This document shows, piece by piece, positions 16,214-27,552 of a stretch of 64,000 bases of DNA (its first letter is position 1; each line of letters begins with the position of its first letter). The notes beneath the pieces were generated by a model. It was not told the DNA's origin. It saw only the letters and a list, made by a program, of their open reading frames with translations, and did not search any database. The translations under genes were made by a program, and so were the position numbers. This DNA comes from Adineta vaga (lineage: Eukaryota; Animalia; Rotifera). The DNA is taken from assembly GCA_021613535.1 (NCBI GenBank), contig CP075494.1:6324001-6388000 (forward strand). Direction: 5' to 3'.

Positions 16214-17015
16214 ATATATATTTAAGCTTATGTAAAAGCTCAATTAACAAGCTATCAATCTGAGTAGAATAATTCTAAAACATGTCATCCCGTTTCAATA
16301 GAAACATTGTTTCTGACATTTGCTTAGAAATTTAACATATATAACAAACTATCGTGCATGGATTCTTGTTTTTTTAGAATAAAATCGATGAACAAGATCA
16401 AATAAATATAATATTCTTGATTTATTTCAAATTCAAAGAGATGTACAGTGCTGTGTTATTATGATTTTTAGAACACCATATCGTGCATTTGGAAAAGCAA
16501 AGATAAATGACAACTAATATCATGTCAGATCAATCTAAATACAACTCTTTGATGATCATTGAGAATGTGTTCATCGACAGAATCGTTAGAAATGAAACAA
16601 CAAATGTCAACATGTTCTTCTTTTCAAAGCAAAAGTCAAGGAAGCGGAACGTATGATGAGCTATCATATATAACTGCTGCAACGTCACTAGCATATTTCG
16701 TTGATTTGCATGAACTTTCTATTCCAAGTTTTTGTAGAAAAAGATACTAATATTAAAACTATTCACCCAATTATATTTAAATAGAAGTTCAAATGATATA
16801 AATTGATGCCGTTTAGTTTATCGAAATAAATTGAATTCATAATCTTCGAACAGATGATGAATGAATCACACAGGAAAGTAGCGAACAGAACACGAAAAGA
16901 GAGAATAGAGAGAAAGTATATATATAGCGAACGAAAATCGAAACACATTAACACATAGTACAGAAGCTTGTATCCTAACATTCAGCTAACATAGATACTA
17001 TTGACTAGTGGCAGC

Positions 17016-17968
17016 ATGTCCCCTGCTATGCACGATGAACACAATCGAACTACATCTGATACTCTACTTTTCACTCTTCTCTCACAAGAAGATCAACATC
17101 ACTATTCACAAATCAACAACATTCAACTTCCACATCACATTCTTCACATTCTACATCAGGTAACATTCACTTTTCCTCTCCTCTCACACTAATCATCTAA
17201 TCACTTTACTCCCGTTCTCTTCTAGTTAACTTCACTTCTTCACTCATCATCTACCTTGTGGATGTCAATTACTCTTCTCAAAAAACTCATTCTACAACAA
17301 CATTCCATCGATCTCATCATCGTCATTGCATCCTTCACTCTCGCTCACAAATATCAACAATCACACATCATTGATTATCAACTCATTGCTCAATCTTCTC
17401 ACATCGACGACATACAACTCATTCATGTAAGTCCACCTTCATTTCCTTCATTTCCTCCATCATCAACAACATCGTCATCATCTTCATTCTAGGATGCTGA
17501 AGTTGCAATACTCGATGCACTCTCATATGATATCTCTGTATCGACACCTGATGATTTCTTTTCTTACTTGTCAAATCTTGCCAACAACGATGAAGAAGGC
17601 AAAGATATCATTGAACAAGCTCGATGTTCATTATCGTCAACTTCACTCTCACATCAAACATTCGGTAAGCATGAAACAAATCGAAAGACTCGGTGTTTGT
17701 TGAAATTGTCTTTTATTTAGATCTTCTTCACAACTATCCATCGAGTATCGTCGTTCTCTCTCTCATCTCGCATCATTTTACATCGAATAGTTTCATTAAT
17801 GAACAAATCAAAAGTTTTGTTCTGCACAAGAAAGATGCGTCGAATTATCTGGTAAGTAAACATTGAAAATAGAAATATCGATGAATAACAATGTTTGTGT
17901 TTTGTTATTTGTAGAAACAATTGATCCATTGTACAACTCAACTTCAAAGTCATATGGCGCAATCATGA
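17016..17968 (+). CDS. Divergent cyclin-D-like gene, copy A (5 exons, ~233 aa, altered N- and C-termini)
   Basis: 17073-17954 matches copy B (offset 5815) apart from 3 substitutions seen by eye; own start MSPAMHDEHNRTTSDTLLF and end ...SHMAQS*. Confidence 0.7.
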
Positions 17969-18159
17969 TTTCATCAATACTTCTTTCTTTTTCTGCTTAC
18001 AGTGATCTTTGATGTGTCACATAAGACTTGAATATGTTTACATGAAGTGTTTTTTAGTCTTTTCTTGATTTGTGAAGAATTATTTTATATTGTGCAAACG
18101 TTGTATTATGAAAGACGACAAATATAAAAAATAATCAGATCTTATTCATCAATCCTTCT

Positions 18160-21037
18160 ATATGTAACTTGTCGACTGGCTGCAGGCACACTGAATCATT
18201 CACGAGTTGAAATATGGCGGCATGCATGATTATGTACTGCTTCTTTGTCTATTTATTCACATATGTAAGGCTGAGGATTGTGATACATTTCAATGTAGTA
18301 AAGGTGGCACGATGTCGTTTAGAAGAGACCTCATGCTTTCAAAGTAAAAGAATCAAGGAGAAAACGAAAAATATATAATATATCATTTGATACAAATTTT
18401 AATGACATTAGAAAAGCGGCCGTTGCGTAATGAATACAATGCGAAGGAAGTAGTTTTCAATAAACAGGTAGTAAAGAAAGTAAAAAGATCGAATCATAAA
18501 TATTTTTTTCGTATGTTCTTTGGACAATATTATTATGACTGTGTAAAAGGTGACTAATATATCTAGTATAAAACGGTTCTTTGCTTTCCAATTCGTTAAT
18601 ATGTAATAACCATGACAGTACATTTTTTTTATGTTGGAAAATATTTGAGATTTTTCCAATATATGCAACTATAAAACTATGATTCTTTAAGAATTCTTAA
18701 TTTTACAGATTCGTGCATTAAATTCACTTCGTTGGTCAAATATTTACTCCTTTTCGAATGTATCCGAATATACATCACATGTTACCAAATCCTCCATCGA
18801 ATCATATGAATAATATGTACAATGGTTTCACTTATAATCAACCTCAACTCGAACATTACGTATCTAGTGAAGAACGTATGGTTGGCTTTCAGAAGTTTGT
18901 TCTTCGTTATGGAAGTAAGTTTGATTTTGACAATAAGATACAATGAAAGAATGCTAAATATTATCTATCACAGTTAATGACACGTTTGCTTCAAAATTAC
19001 TTGGTTTAGATGGATATGAAATTGTTTTAATCTGTGATGATTCAGGTTCCATGAATACTATACTTAGTATGTCATTCTATTTCTCGTCTTGACACAATAA
19101 TTTGTTTTTCACTTTTTCAGGTGATGTTTCTGGCCCATACAATCAATCTCCAACTCGCTGTAAGAATTTGATCAATTCACTTAGAACTTTGGATGCTATT
19201 TTTGCTTGATTGTTCCTTTTTTTAGGGGATGAATTGAAGCATACTGTATCCATCGTTGTTGATCTAGCTAGTGTACTAGATCCAGATGGTGTTGATATCT
19301 ATTTTCTTAATCGTGAACCGATGCTTAATGTTCGCAGTTCACAAGAATTGATACCAGTATTTGCTGTAGCACCTGAAGGTATGTTTGATAGTGTGTGTTA
19401 AATGATATCAGTAGTTGTTGAAATGTTCACAGGTCCAACACCTATTGTACGAGTTCTACGACAAGTTCTTCACGATAAGCAAAAACAAATTGCTGAAAGA
19501 AAATTATTAATTCTTCTTGCAACTGATGGAGTACCCACAGATGATCGAGGTCAGGCAAACATTGATGAATTACGAAGAGTTCTCGCGTATGAACGTAGTT
19601 CAACCGAACGAATTCCAGTTACAATTATTGCTTGTACAGGTAAGCATTTTATTTGCAATGAACAACATAAACTTTATGATCATGAAATTATTTTTCGTTG
19701 AAAAGATGATGACAATTGTATGGCATATTTAAACAATTGGGATACAACCATTCCCAATCTTGACGTAGTAGATGATTATAAAAGCGAAAAGAATCAGATT
19801 CTCGATTGTCAAGGACAATCTTTCCCATTTAGTTTCGGTGATGTAAGTCATTTTATTTATAATATAAATATTAAATCTATGATAATGTATAGTATGTTGT
19901 AAAAATTCTAATGGGTGGTGTCGATCAATGGTTTGATCAATTAGATGAGAAAAAGGTCTCATTAGATAATTATGAACAATTTAAATCAGCTTCATCAACA
20001 GTATTAGCAAATGCAATAATTAAAAATTCACATTTTTCATCATGTTCGTAATATTATTATGATTCTATTATGATCATCTGAATTCATTTCTTTTCATAGA
20101 TTCCCCTCCAACATCATTGAATTCTAAATATCAACATTATTAATCAGCGTTACTAAACGACATTGTTTCATGTAGATATTTTTTGATGAATTTTAAAACG
20201 TATCACTTCATCTTCAAAGCGTTACTTCATAATAAGGACATGATCCGTTTCTTTATTCATATTGATGCCGGTACTGAATTATGACATCATCTAACTTCTA
20301 TTACTGTTGATGGAAAGTGTTAATTCTTTTCAAGTATCGTCGCTTCCTATTTTCTTCTCGATTATTTATTTAGTACCTAAATGAAAGAGGAATATATATA
20401 TCTAACAGATTAGTCATGATGCCATATTATATACGTAAATGAAACATATTGAATGACCGCTAGCGGAAAAGCAACTATTCAACATTTTTATTTCTTTGTC
20501 GGAAGATATAAATATCCTTCATGCAATTTTTGAACTAGAATCCATTAGATCAACTAACTTATCGACTAATTTCACTCTACTCCGAAGAGACTATATAAAT
20601 AAAGAGATTTGCTCGATTGAATGTTATTGAATAGATAATTTAGGATACAGATATAATCTTTGTTTATTCACATATGTGAGACTAAGGATGAATTCATTTG
20701 CACAGGCTAAAGATTGTTATTGATACAACAAGTGGATCATGAATATAATAATCAATAAACACCATGTTGTGATCCACCCACTCTCAGCAAATGAATGATC
20801 AACTATGTAAACATGAAGGTGTGACGAAAGACAACAAATCAATCGAGCATGATGATGAGTTTGTGAAAAAGATAGTGAAACACGTTTGTGTCCTAGATTG
20901 TAGTTGTATATGGTAGGAGGTGACTGGATATGATAGTTCTAGTTTCCTCATTTAGTGAGCTCATCAATTTGAGTTGAGCATGAGCAGAGAAACAGACAAG
21001 TGAGAAAATATCTTCGTCAAATAAAGTTGTGATATGG
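18160..21037. repeat. Split diverged direct-repeat block: ~18160-18280 plus ~20660-21037 together match ~24385-24882
   Basis: Shared CTGCAGGCACACTGAAT...CATGCATGATTAT and GTTATTGATACAACAAGTGGATCATGAATATAATAATC...GAGCAGAGAAACAGACAAGTGAGAA; ~35 bp indel between the copies. Confidence 0.85.
18758..20051 (+). CDS. Stand-alone von Willebrand factor A (MIDAS) domain protein of fungal/protist-like type, ~7 exons; 3' end slightly uncertain
   Basis: YEIVLICDDSGSM, TR|WDELKHTVSIVVDLASVLDPDGVDIYFLNR, GPTP, LLILLATDGVP, YLNNWD...LDVVDDY.SEK..I...QG..FPFSFGDYVVKILMG. Confidence 0.85.
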
Positions 21038-22156
21038 CTGACATGAACAAGATTGATATCATTAGGGGAAATAATAACACAAATAATTGTTGACGATAAT
21101 CATTGTGAGACATTCATCTCGAAGTCAATCTGAATATATTCTCGCGTAATGAGATAAATTGTTAATAAAACAATAATTATCGATCAATATTTTTCTTCGT
21201 TTCTCAGCATCTAACAAGAAGCATTCATTTGTATGGCTCATTAGCATGGTATTGAATGAAAATAGATAAGTTATTTTTGCATTGATAAACAGTTACTGTC
21301 TAGAGACTCATAAGGAGGTTCAAACCACAGGAATGCTCAATAAGCCATGATGAGTATATGTCTATTTAGTATGAGACTGGTGATAAACATGTGTAGATGC
21401 TAATCTCTCATGGGTCATCGATCGAAACATACAATTTCAATTAAGTGGTGCGATATTGAGAAGTGATTTATTTTTCTCCTTTCCTTCGTTCCCTATGGAT
21501 GATATCGTTTCATAATTAGGTGATTATTATATTTCGGTTAGTGACGATTAGATATGCACATATACGCAGCACTCATGATTCCGATAGACTGATTTCACTC
21601 CATACTTTAACGAATAATATCACTTCACACCTGAGAATAGATATGAATTCTAACTTGTTATTACAAAAGTTCATAGATTGGAATTGATTGCTTCGAGCAG
21701 ATAAAATATTCCTATCTCAATAGCTATTATAAATGAAATTAATGATGACTTTCGTTCAAAAACAAGAGTGCTTGTATAATACATTTGAAAATGTCTTAGA
21801 TATCTATTCAAATGAATTTCACCTCTTAATGAATGTAAAGCAGATGTTTTGTGATTATCGTCTGTCTCAATCTTGAATTTATCATTCTATTCAATTTCAT
21901 ATGTCAAAATATCCCTGACATCATCATGTTCTACATTTTATTGTCATTAAACTGTCATTATTATTGGGTCACATCTCATTTTCGAGCTGCACTACGTGTG
22001 AAAATATCTTCATTCTATAGCACATTCATTTCATGATTAGTATGACATCATATAAATTTCTATCGAATCGTTTCTCTAAATCTCTCTCGCGTGTAAACGA
22101 CAGCCGGATCGGTTCGATTTCAGTGCGTTTGTTTCGATCATTTATTTGTACTCTTG

Positions 22157-22268
22157 TGATCATGATTTATGATGGATAAAAAGATTTGTGCGGTGAAAAT
22201 GTGTCAAAGTCACTAAGAATGAAACAAATTTGAAAAGAGCGCATCGACGCGTGCCGAATAACATCAAA
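22157..22268. repeat. 112-bp block, inverted copy at 26681-26792 (2 mismatches seen), upstream of both palindromic cyclin genes
   Basis: TGATCATGATTTATGATGG...GCCGAATAACATCAAA reverse-complements to 26681-26792. Confidence 0.9.
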
Positions 22269-22685
22269 AATTTAAAAAGATTAAAGGTAGGCGGAGAGAG
22301 GAGGATAAAGATGCATCGTTTCAAAAAAAAAGAAAACGATACAGCCGAGTCGGTATGATGAACACGCAAACAGACAATGATTGAAAAGTAAATAATAACT
22401 CATCATTGATTCAAACAGATCAAAAACAATGACGAACGACACTCAAAGGCTAGGTATATAGCTGACTTTCAGCTTGTTCACAAGATCAACCATATATCTT
22501 CATTTTCATTGTCATGAAAGTTTCAAATCATTGCTTAATGTACCGTCCATGTTCAGCATAACTATACTTTGTTGTTATATCATAGAAGATTGAAAACGCT
22601 CAATCTGCTCATACACACAGATGATATACTGAAAACAGCTGATCAAAAGAGGCAGAACGCCAAACAGTAAGTAATCTGGATCACC

Positions 22686-22743
22686 ATTGGTCAATCTACT
22701 TTTCTCTTTCCTTCCTCTTTCCTTCTCTCGCCTCCCTATAAAT
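22686..22743 (+). promoter_or_regulatory. Core promoter of cyclin-like copy B: inverted CCAAT (ATTGG 22686) and TATAAAT (22737-22743); mirrored for copy C at ~26389-26446
   Basis: TATA box ~52 bp and CCAAT ~105 bp upstream of the ATG at 22795. Confidence 0.6.
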
Positions 22744-22794
22744 ACACAACATCACTACGACTCTTCCCTATTCATTTCATTCGACTTCTTCATC

Positions 22795-23777
22795 ATGATC
22801 TCATCCGCACTCAACTGCATCGCTCCTCAATCCATTCGAGCTGCACCTGATACACAACTCTCATCACCAGAAACTCATCTTCTCGCAACTCTTCTCTCAC
22901 AAGAAGATCAACATCACTATTCACAAATCAACAACATTCAACTTCCACATCACATTCTTCACATTCTACATCAGGTAACATTCACTTTTCCTCTCCTCTC
23001 ACACTAATCATCTAATCACTTTACTCCCGTTCTCTTCTAGTTAACTTCACTTCTTCACTCATCATCTACCTTGTGGATGTCAATTACTCTTCTCAAAAAA
23101 CTCATTCTACAACAACATTCCATCGATCTCATCATCGTCATTGCATCCTTCACTCTCGCTCACAAATATCAACAATCACACATCATTGATTATCAACTCA
23201 TTGCTCAATCTTCTCACATCGACGACATACAACTCATTCATGTAAGTCCACCTTCATTTCCTTCATTTCCTCCATCATCAACAACATCGTCATCATCTTC
23301 ATTCTAGGATGCTGAAGTTGCAATACTCGATGCACTCTCATATGATATCTCTGTATCGACACCTGATGATTTCTTTTCTTACTTGTCAAATCTTGCCAAC
23401 AACGATGAAGAAGGCAAAGATATCATTGAACAAGCTCGATGTTCATTATCGTCAACTTCACTCTCACATCAAACATTCGGTAAGCATGAAACAAATCGAA
23501 AGACTCGGTGTTTGTTGAAGTTGTCTTGTATTTAGATCTTCTTCACAACTATCCATCGAGTATCGTCGTTCTCTCTCTCATCTCGCATCATTTTACATCG
23601 AATAGTTTCATTAATGAACAAATCAAAAGTTTTGTTCTGCACAAGAAAGATGCGTCGAATTATCTGGTAAGTAAACATTGAAAATAGAAATATCGATGAA
23701 TAACAATGTTTGTGTTTTGTTATTTGTAGAAACAATTGATCCATTGTACAACCCAACTTCAAAGTCATACTTCATAA
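22795..23777 (+). CDS. Divergent cyclin-D-like gene, copy B (exons 22795-22974, 23041-23241, 23308-23479, 23536-23666, 23730-23777; 243 aa)
   Basis: Four GT-AG introns give an open frame: MISSALNCIAPQSIRAAPDTQL...LLATLLSQED...ASFTLAHKYQQ...DAEVAILDALSYDISVSTPDDFFSYL...NYPSSIVVLSL...QLIHCTTQL. Compare cyclin D: [50 protein letters not shown]. Confidence 0.8.
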
Positions 23778-25354
23778 TCATGATCTAACTTTTGCCGAAC
23801 AGTGATCAATCATGAACGAAGTTAGCTCACATTGCATTCATCGGATCATTTTCTTTATGTTTGATGTTCTACAGTTGTTTATTTATTTTCTTCTTAGTCT
23901 ATTTTTTTATTCTCATGTATAAATGAAAGATATTTTACGATTAAACATGATACTACTTCACGATACTTCCTTTCATAACATCTTAAACAATGAAAATGAC
24001 AAGCAATAATCGTATACTCCGCAACAGAGATTAAATAGATTACAGATGAAGTGCTTTGTTTGGACGTTTGTCAGTTTTAAAACTGTAAAGTTTAACGAAT
24101 GTTTCATAATAGTTTCCTGGCCAGTTTGGATAGCACTTACATCTTTATATGATATTATTATACTTGGACTGCGCTTCAAATAGAGACAGAAAAGGTGAAG
24201 TAGATCAATTTCAATTGAATCAATTAAATATATTTTTGAATCACACTATAATCATCTGATATCATTTATCGACAGAAATTGAAATAGCTGTCGATTAGCT
24301 AAAGGCATTTGTCAGTAAATCGATTGTTTCTTTTGTCGGAAAGACAAGTATCTTTCACACAATATCCAGATCATTCGTTTCGTATATAAGTTGCCGACTG
24401 ACTGCAGGCACACTGAATTATGCACGAGTGGAAATATGACGACATGCATGATTATAGATAGTTTTGTTTGTTTATTTGTTCGTGGATAGGAAGCTAAGAC
24501 TGAATTAATCAATTTAGGATGGAAAGTGTTATTGATACAACAAGTGGATCATGAATATAATAATCAATAAACACCATGTTGTGATTCACCCACTCTCAGC
24601 AAACGAATGATCAACTATGTAAACACACACACCCTCACATACAAGTAGTTCTAATTGATGCGAAGGTGCGAAGAAAAGAAACAAATCAATCGAGCATGAT
24701 GATGAGTTTGTGAAAAAGATAGTGAAACACGTTTGTGTCCTAGATTGTAGTTGTATATTGTAGGAGGTGACTGGATATTTTAGTTCTAGTTTCCTCATTC
24801 AGTGAGCTCATCAATTTGAGTTGAGCATGAGCAGAGAAACAGACAAGTGAGAATATCTTCGTTGAATACAGTTGTTATATGGTTCACGCTGAAAAGTTAC
24901 TACTTTGCTGATCTAGGCAATAACTATCGAAAGAATGCCAATCTTTCAGTGGTATGTTTCACTCTACTATAAAAATGTGTGTGATACAATGAAATAACAT
25001 GATTTTGCATCATTCATCTTTTCAGAATAGAGCTATTCGAAGATGATCATTAGAACTGTCGCAATATGATTTAAACATTGACTCATTCGCTAACATTGAA
25101 CAAACTTCATAACCAGACTTAGATAAAAGTAGTATTTGCTCTTGTAACTTAGACACCACTGAAACGATAAAAAAGCGTAATAATTATCGGGAACGGCAAA
25201 AAATTAAATTTATATTCAACATAATAAAAATAGACTAAGAAGAAAATAAATAAACAACTGTAGAACATCAAACATAAAGAAAATGATCCGATGAATGCAA
25301 TGTGAGCTAACTTCGTTCATGATTGATCACTGTTCGGCAAAAGTTAGATCATGA

Positions 25355-26337
25355 TTATGAAGTATGACTTTGAAGTTGGGTTGTACAATGGATCAATTGT
25401 TTCTACAAATAACAAAACACAAACATTGTTATTCATCGATATTTCTATTTTCAATGTTTACTTACCAGATAATTCGACGCATCTTTCTTGTGCAGAACAA
25501 AACTTTTGATTTGTTCATTAATGAAACTATTCGATGTAAAATGATGCGAGATGAGAGAGAGAACGACGATACTCGATGGATAGTTGTGAAGAAGATCTAA
25601 ATACAAGACAACTTCAACAAACACCGAGTCTTTCGATTTGTTTCATGCTTACCGAATGTTTGATGTGAGAGTGAAGTTGACGATAATGAACATCGAGCTT
25701 GTTCAATGATATCTTTGCCTTCTTCATCGTTGTTGGCAAGATTTGACAAGTAAGAAAAGAAATCATCAGGTGTCGATACAGAGATATCATATGAGAGTGC
25801 ATCGAGTATTGCAACTTCAGCATCCTAGAATGAAGATGATGACGATGTTGTTGATGATGGAGGAAATGAAGGAAATGAAGGTGGACTTACATGAATGAGT
25901 TGTATGTCGTCGATGTGAGAAGATTGAGCAATGAGTTGATAATCAATGATGTGTGATTGTTGATATTTGTGAGCGAGAGTGAAGGATGCAATGACGATGA
26001 TGAGATCGATGGAATGTTGTTGTAGAATGAGTTTTTTGAGAAGAGTAATTGACATCCACAAGGTAGATGATGAGTGAAGAAGTGAAGTTAACTAGAAGAG
26101 AACGGGAGTAAAGTGATTAGATGATTAGTGTGAGAGGAGAGGAAAAGTGAATGTTACCTGATGTAGAATGTGAAGAATGTGATGTGGAAGTTGAATGTTG
26201 TTGATTTGTGAATAGTGATGTTGATCTTCTTGTGAGAGAAGAGTTGCGAGAAGATGAGTTTCTGGTGATGAGAGTTGTGTATCAGGTGCAGCTCGAATGG
26301 ATTGAGGAGCGATGCAGTTGAGTGCGGATGAGATCAT
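25355..26337 (-). CDS. Divergent cyclin-D-like gene, copy C (inverted copy of B, no differences seen)
   Basis: Reverse complement of 22795-23777. Confidence 0.8.
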
Positions 26338-27552
26338 GATGAAGAAGTCGAATGAAATGAATAGGGAAGAGTCGTAGTGATGTTGTGTATTTATAGGGAG
26401 GCGAGAGAAGGAAAGAGGAAGGAAAGAGAAAAGTAGATTGACCAATGATGATTGACATATATTGTTCTTATTTTAGGTGATCAGCTGTAGTTTTGTAATC
26501 TCACTATGAAATAAAGTAAGGACATTTTATAAGGAGCAATTTAACGTAGCTTCTGATCGCTTTCAATAGATGATACATCATTATTTTCTTTTCAATCATC
26601 CTTTCTTTGCGTATCCATTATATTAATATGCATTTTCGCTGCTCCTCCCTTACTTCAATCTACCTTTATTCTCTATAGTCTTTGATGTTATTCGGCACGC
26701 GTTGATGCGCTCTTTTCAAATTTGTTTTATTCTTAGTGACTTTGACACATTTTCACCGCACAAATCTTTTTATCCATCATAAATCATGATCAAAAAAATA
26801 TAAATGAATTCGAACTGATTATTCGATCGTTTTGCATGCAAGAAAGATTAAAGATCATTGAAGATGCGATGTAACATAGGAGACATGATAGTTTATTAAC
26901 AACAAAATTGTTTATAACTATCTAGGAACTTTGATCCATTTTTGATCCAATCTGTTCATCTTCACGTTGTAGAGATTTTCGAGTTTCTACGACAAAGAAA
27001 TTCAAAGAAACATCGGTACATATATATTTCATAGAAATTTCATATACCATAACAATTTTTTAGTGCAGTATCTTTATCACTTTTGAAAAATACTAAACTA
27101 CCTGGTTGTTGAATATAAACTTTCTGAAAAAGAAACAAGTAACTGTATATAAGAATGTTGTGAGAAAGGATATTTACACGTCCTGTTTTTAATGCTTCTA
27201 ACTCATGTTGTAGAACAGTAGTAGCTTGAATCTAAAGACACGAATAATTATGATTTTTATTTTTATTATTCCTGATTGATGTATAAGTAAAAAGAGAAAG
27301 TTATTCACTGACCTTTACTTGAATATTGGACTTAGTAGAAGACATAGTATAAAATACTTGATTTTATTTCTAGAAAAGATAACTATTAGTTATCATTATT
27401 TCAACTGTTGTATTTTTTTCATCACGAACATATGGCTTTATGCGGAAAAAGTAGTATACATAACAATCAAGAAAACAATAAACACAATACAAAAATAAAT
27501 CTTGCAAACAACTTAAACAAAAAAAAGGTCATAGCTTGAATTTGTGAGATTT

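Larger units (their letters stand above)
22685..26447. repeat. Large inverted repeat: arms 22685-23906 and 25226-26447 (1,222 bp each) around a 1,319-bp spacer
   Basis: Arms are reverse complements at every point checked; identical ORF translations appear on opposite strands in the track. Confidence 0.95.

Noticed and set aside
17256-26445. Track ORFs of 63-106 aa repeated three times, read as a small-protein operon
   Set aside because: They are exon fragments, off-frame or antisense reads of the spliced cyclin-like gene.
22685-26447. Inverted repeat as the TIRs of a DNA or foldback transposon
   Set aside because: The arms coincide with a host-type spliced gene; no target-site duplication or transposase was recognised in the spacer.
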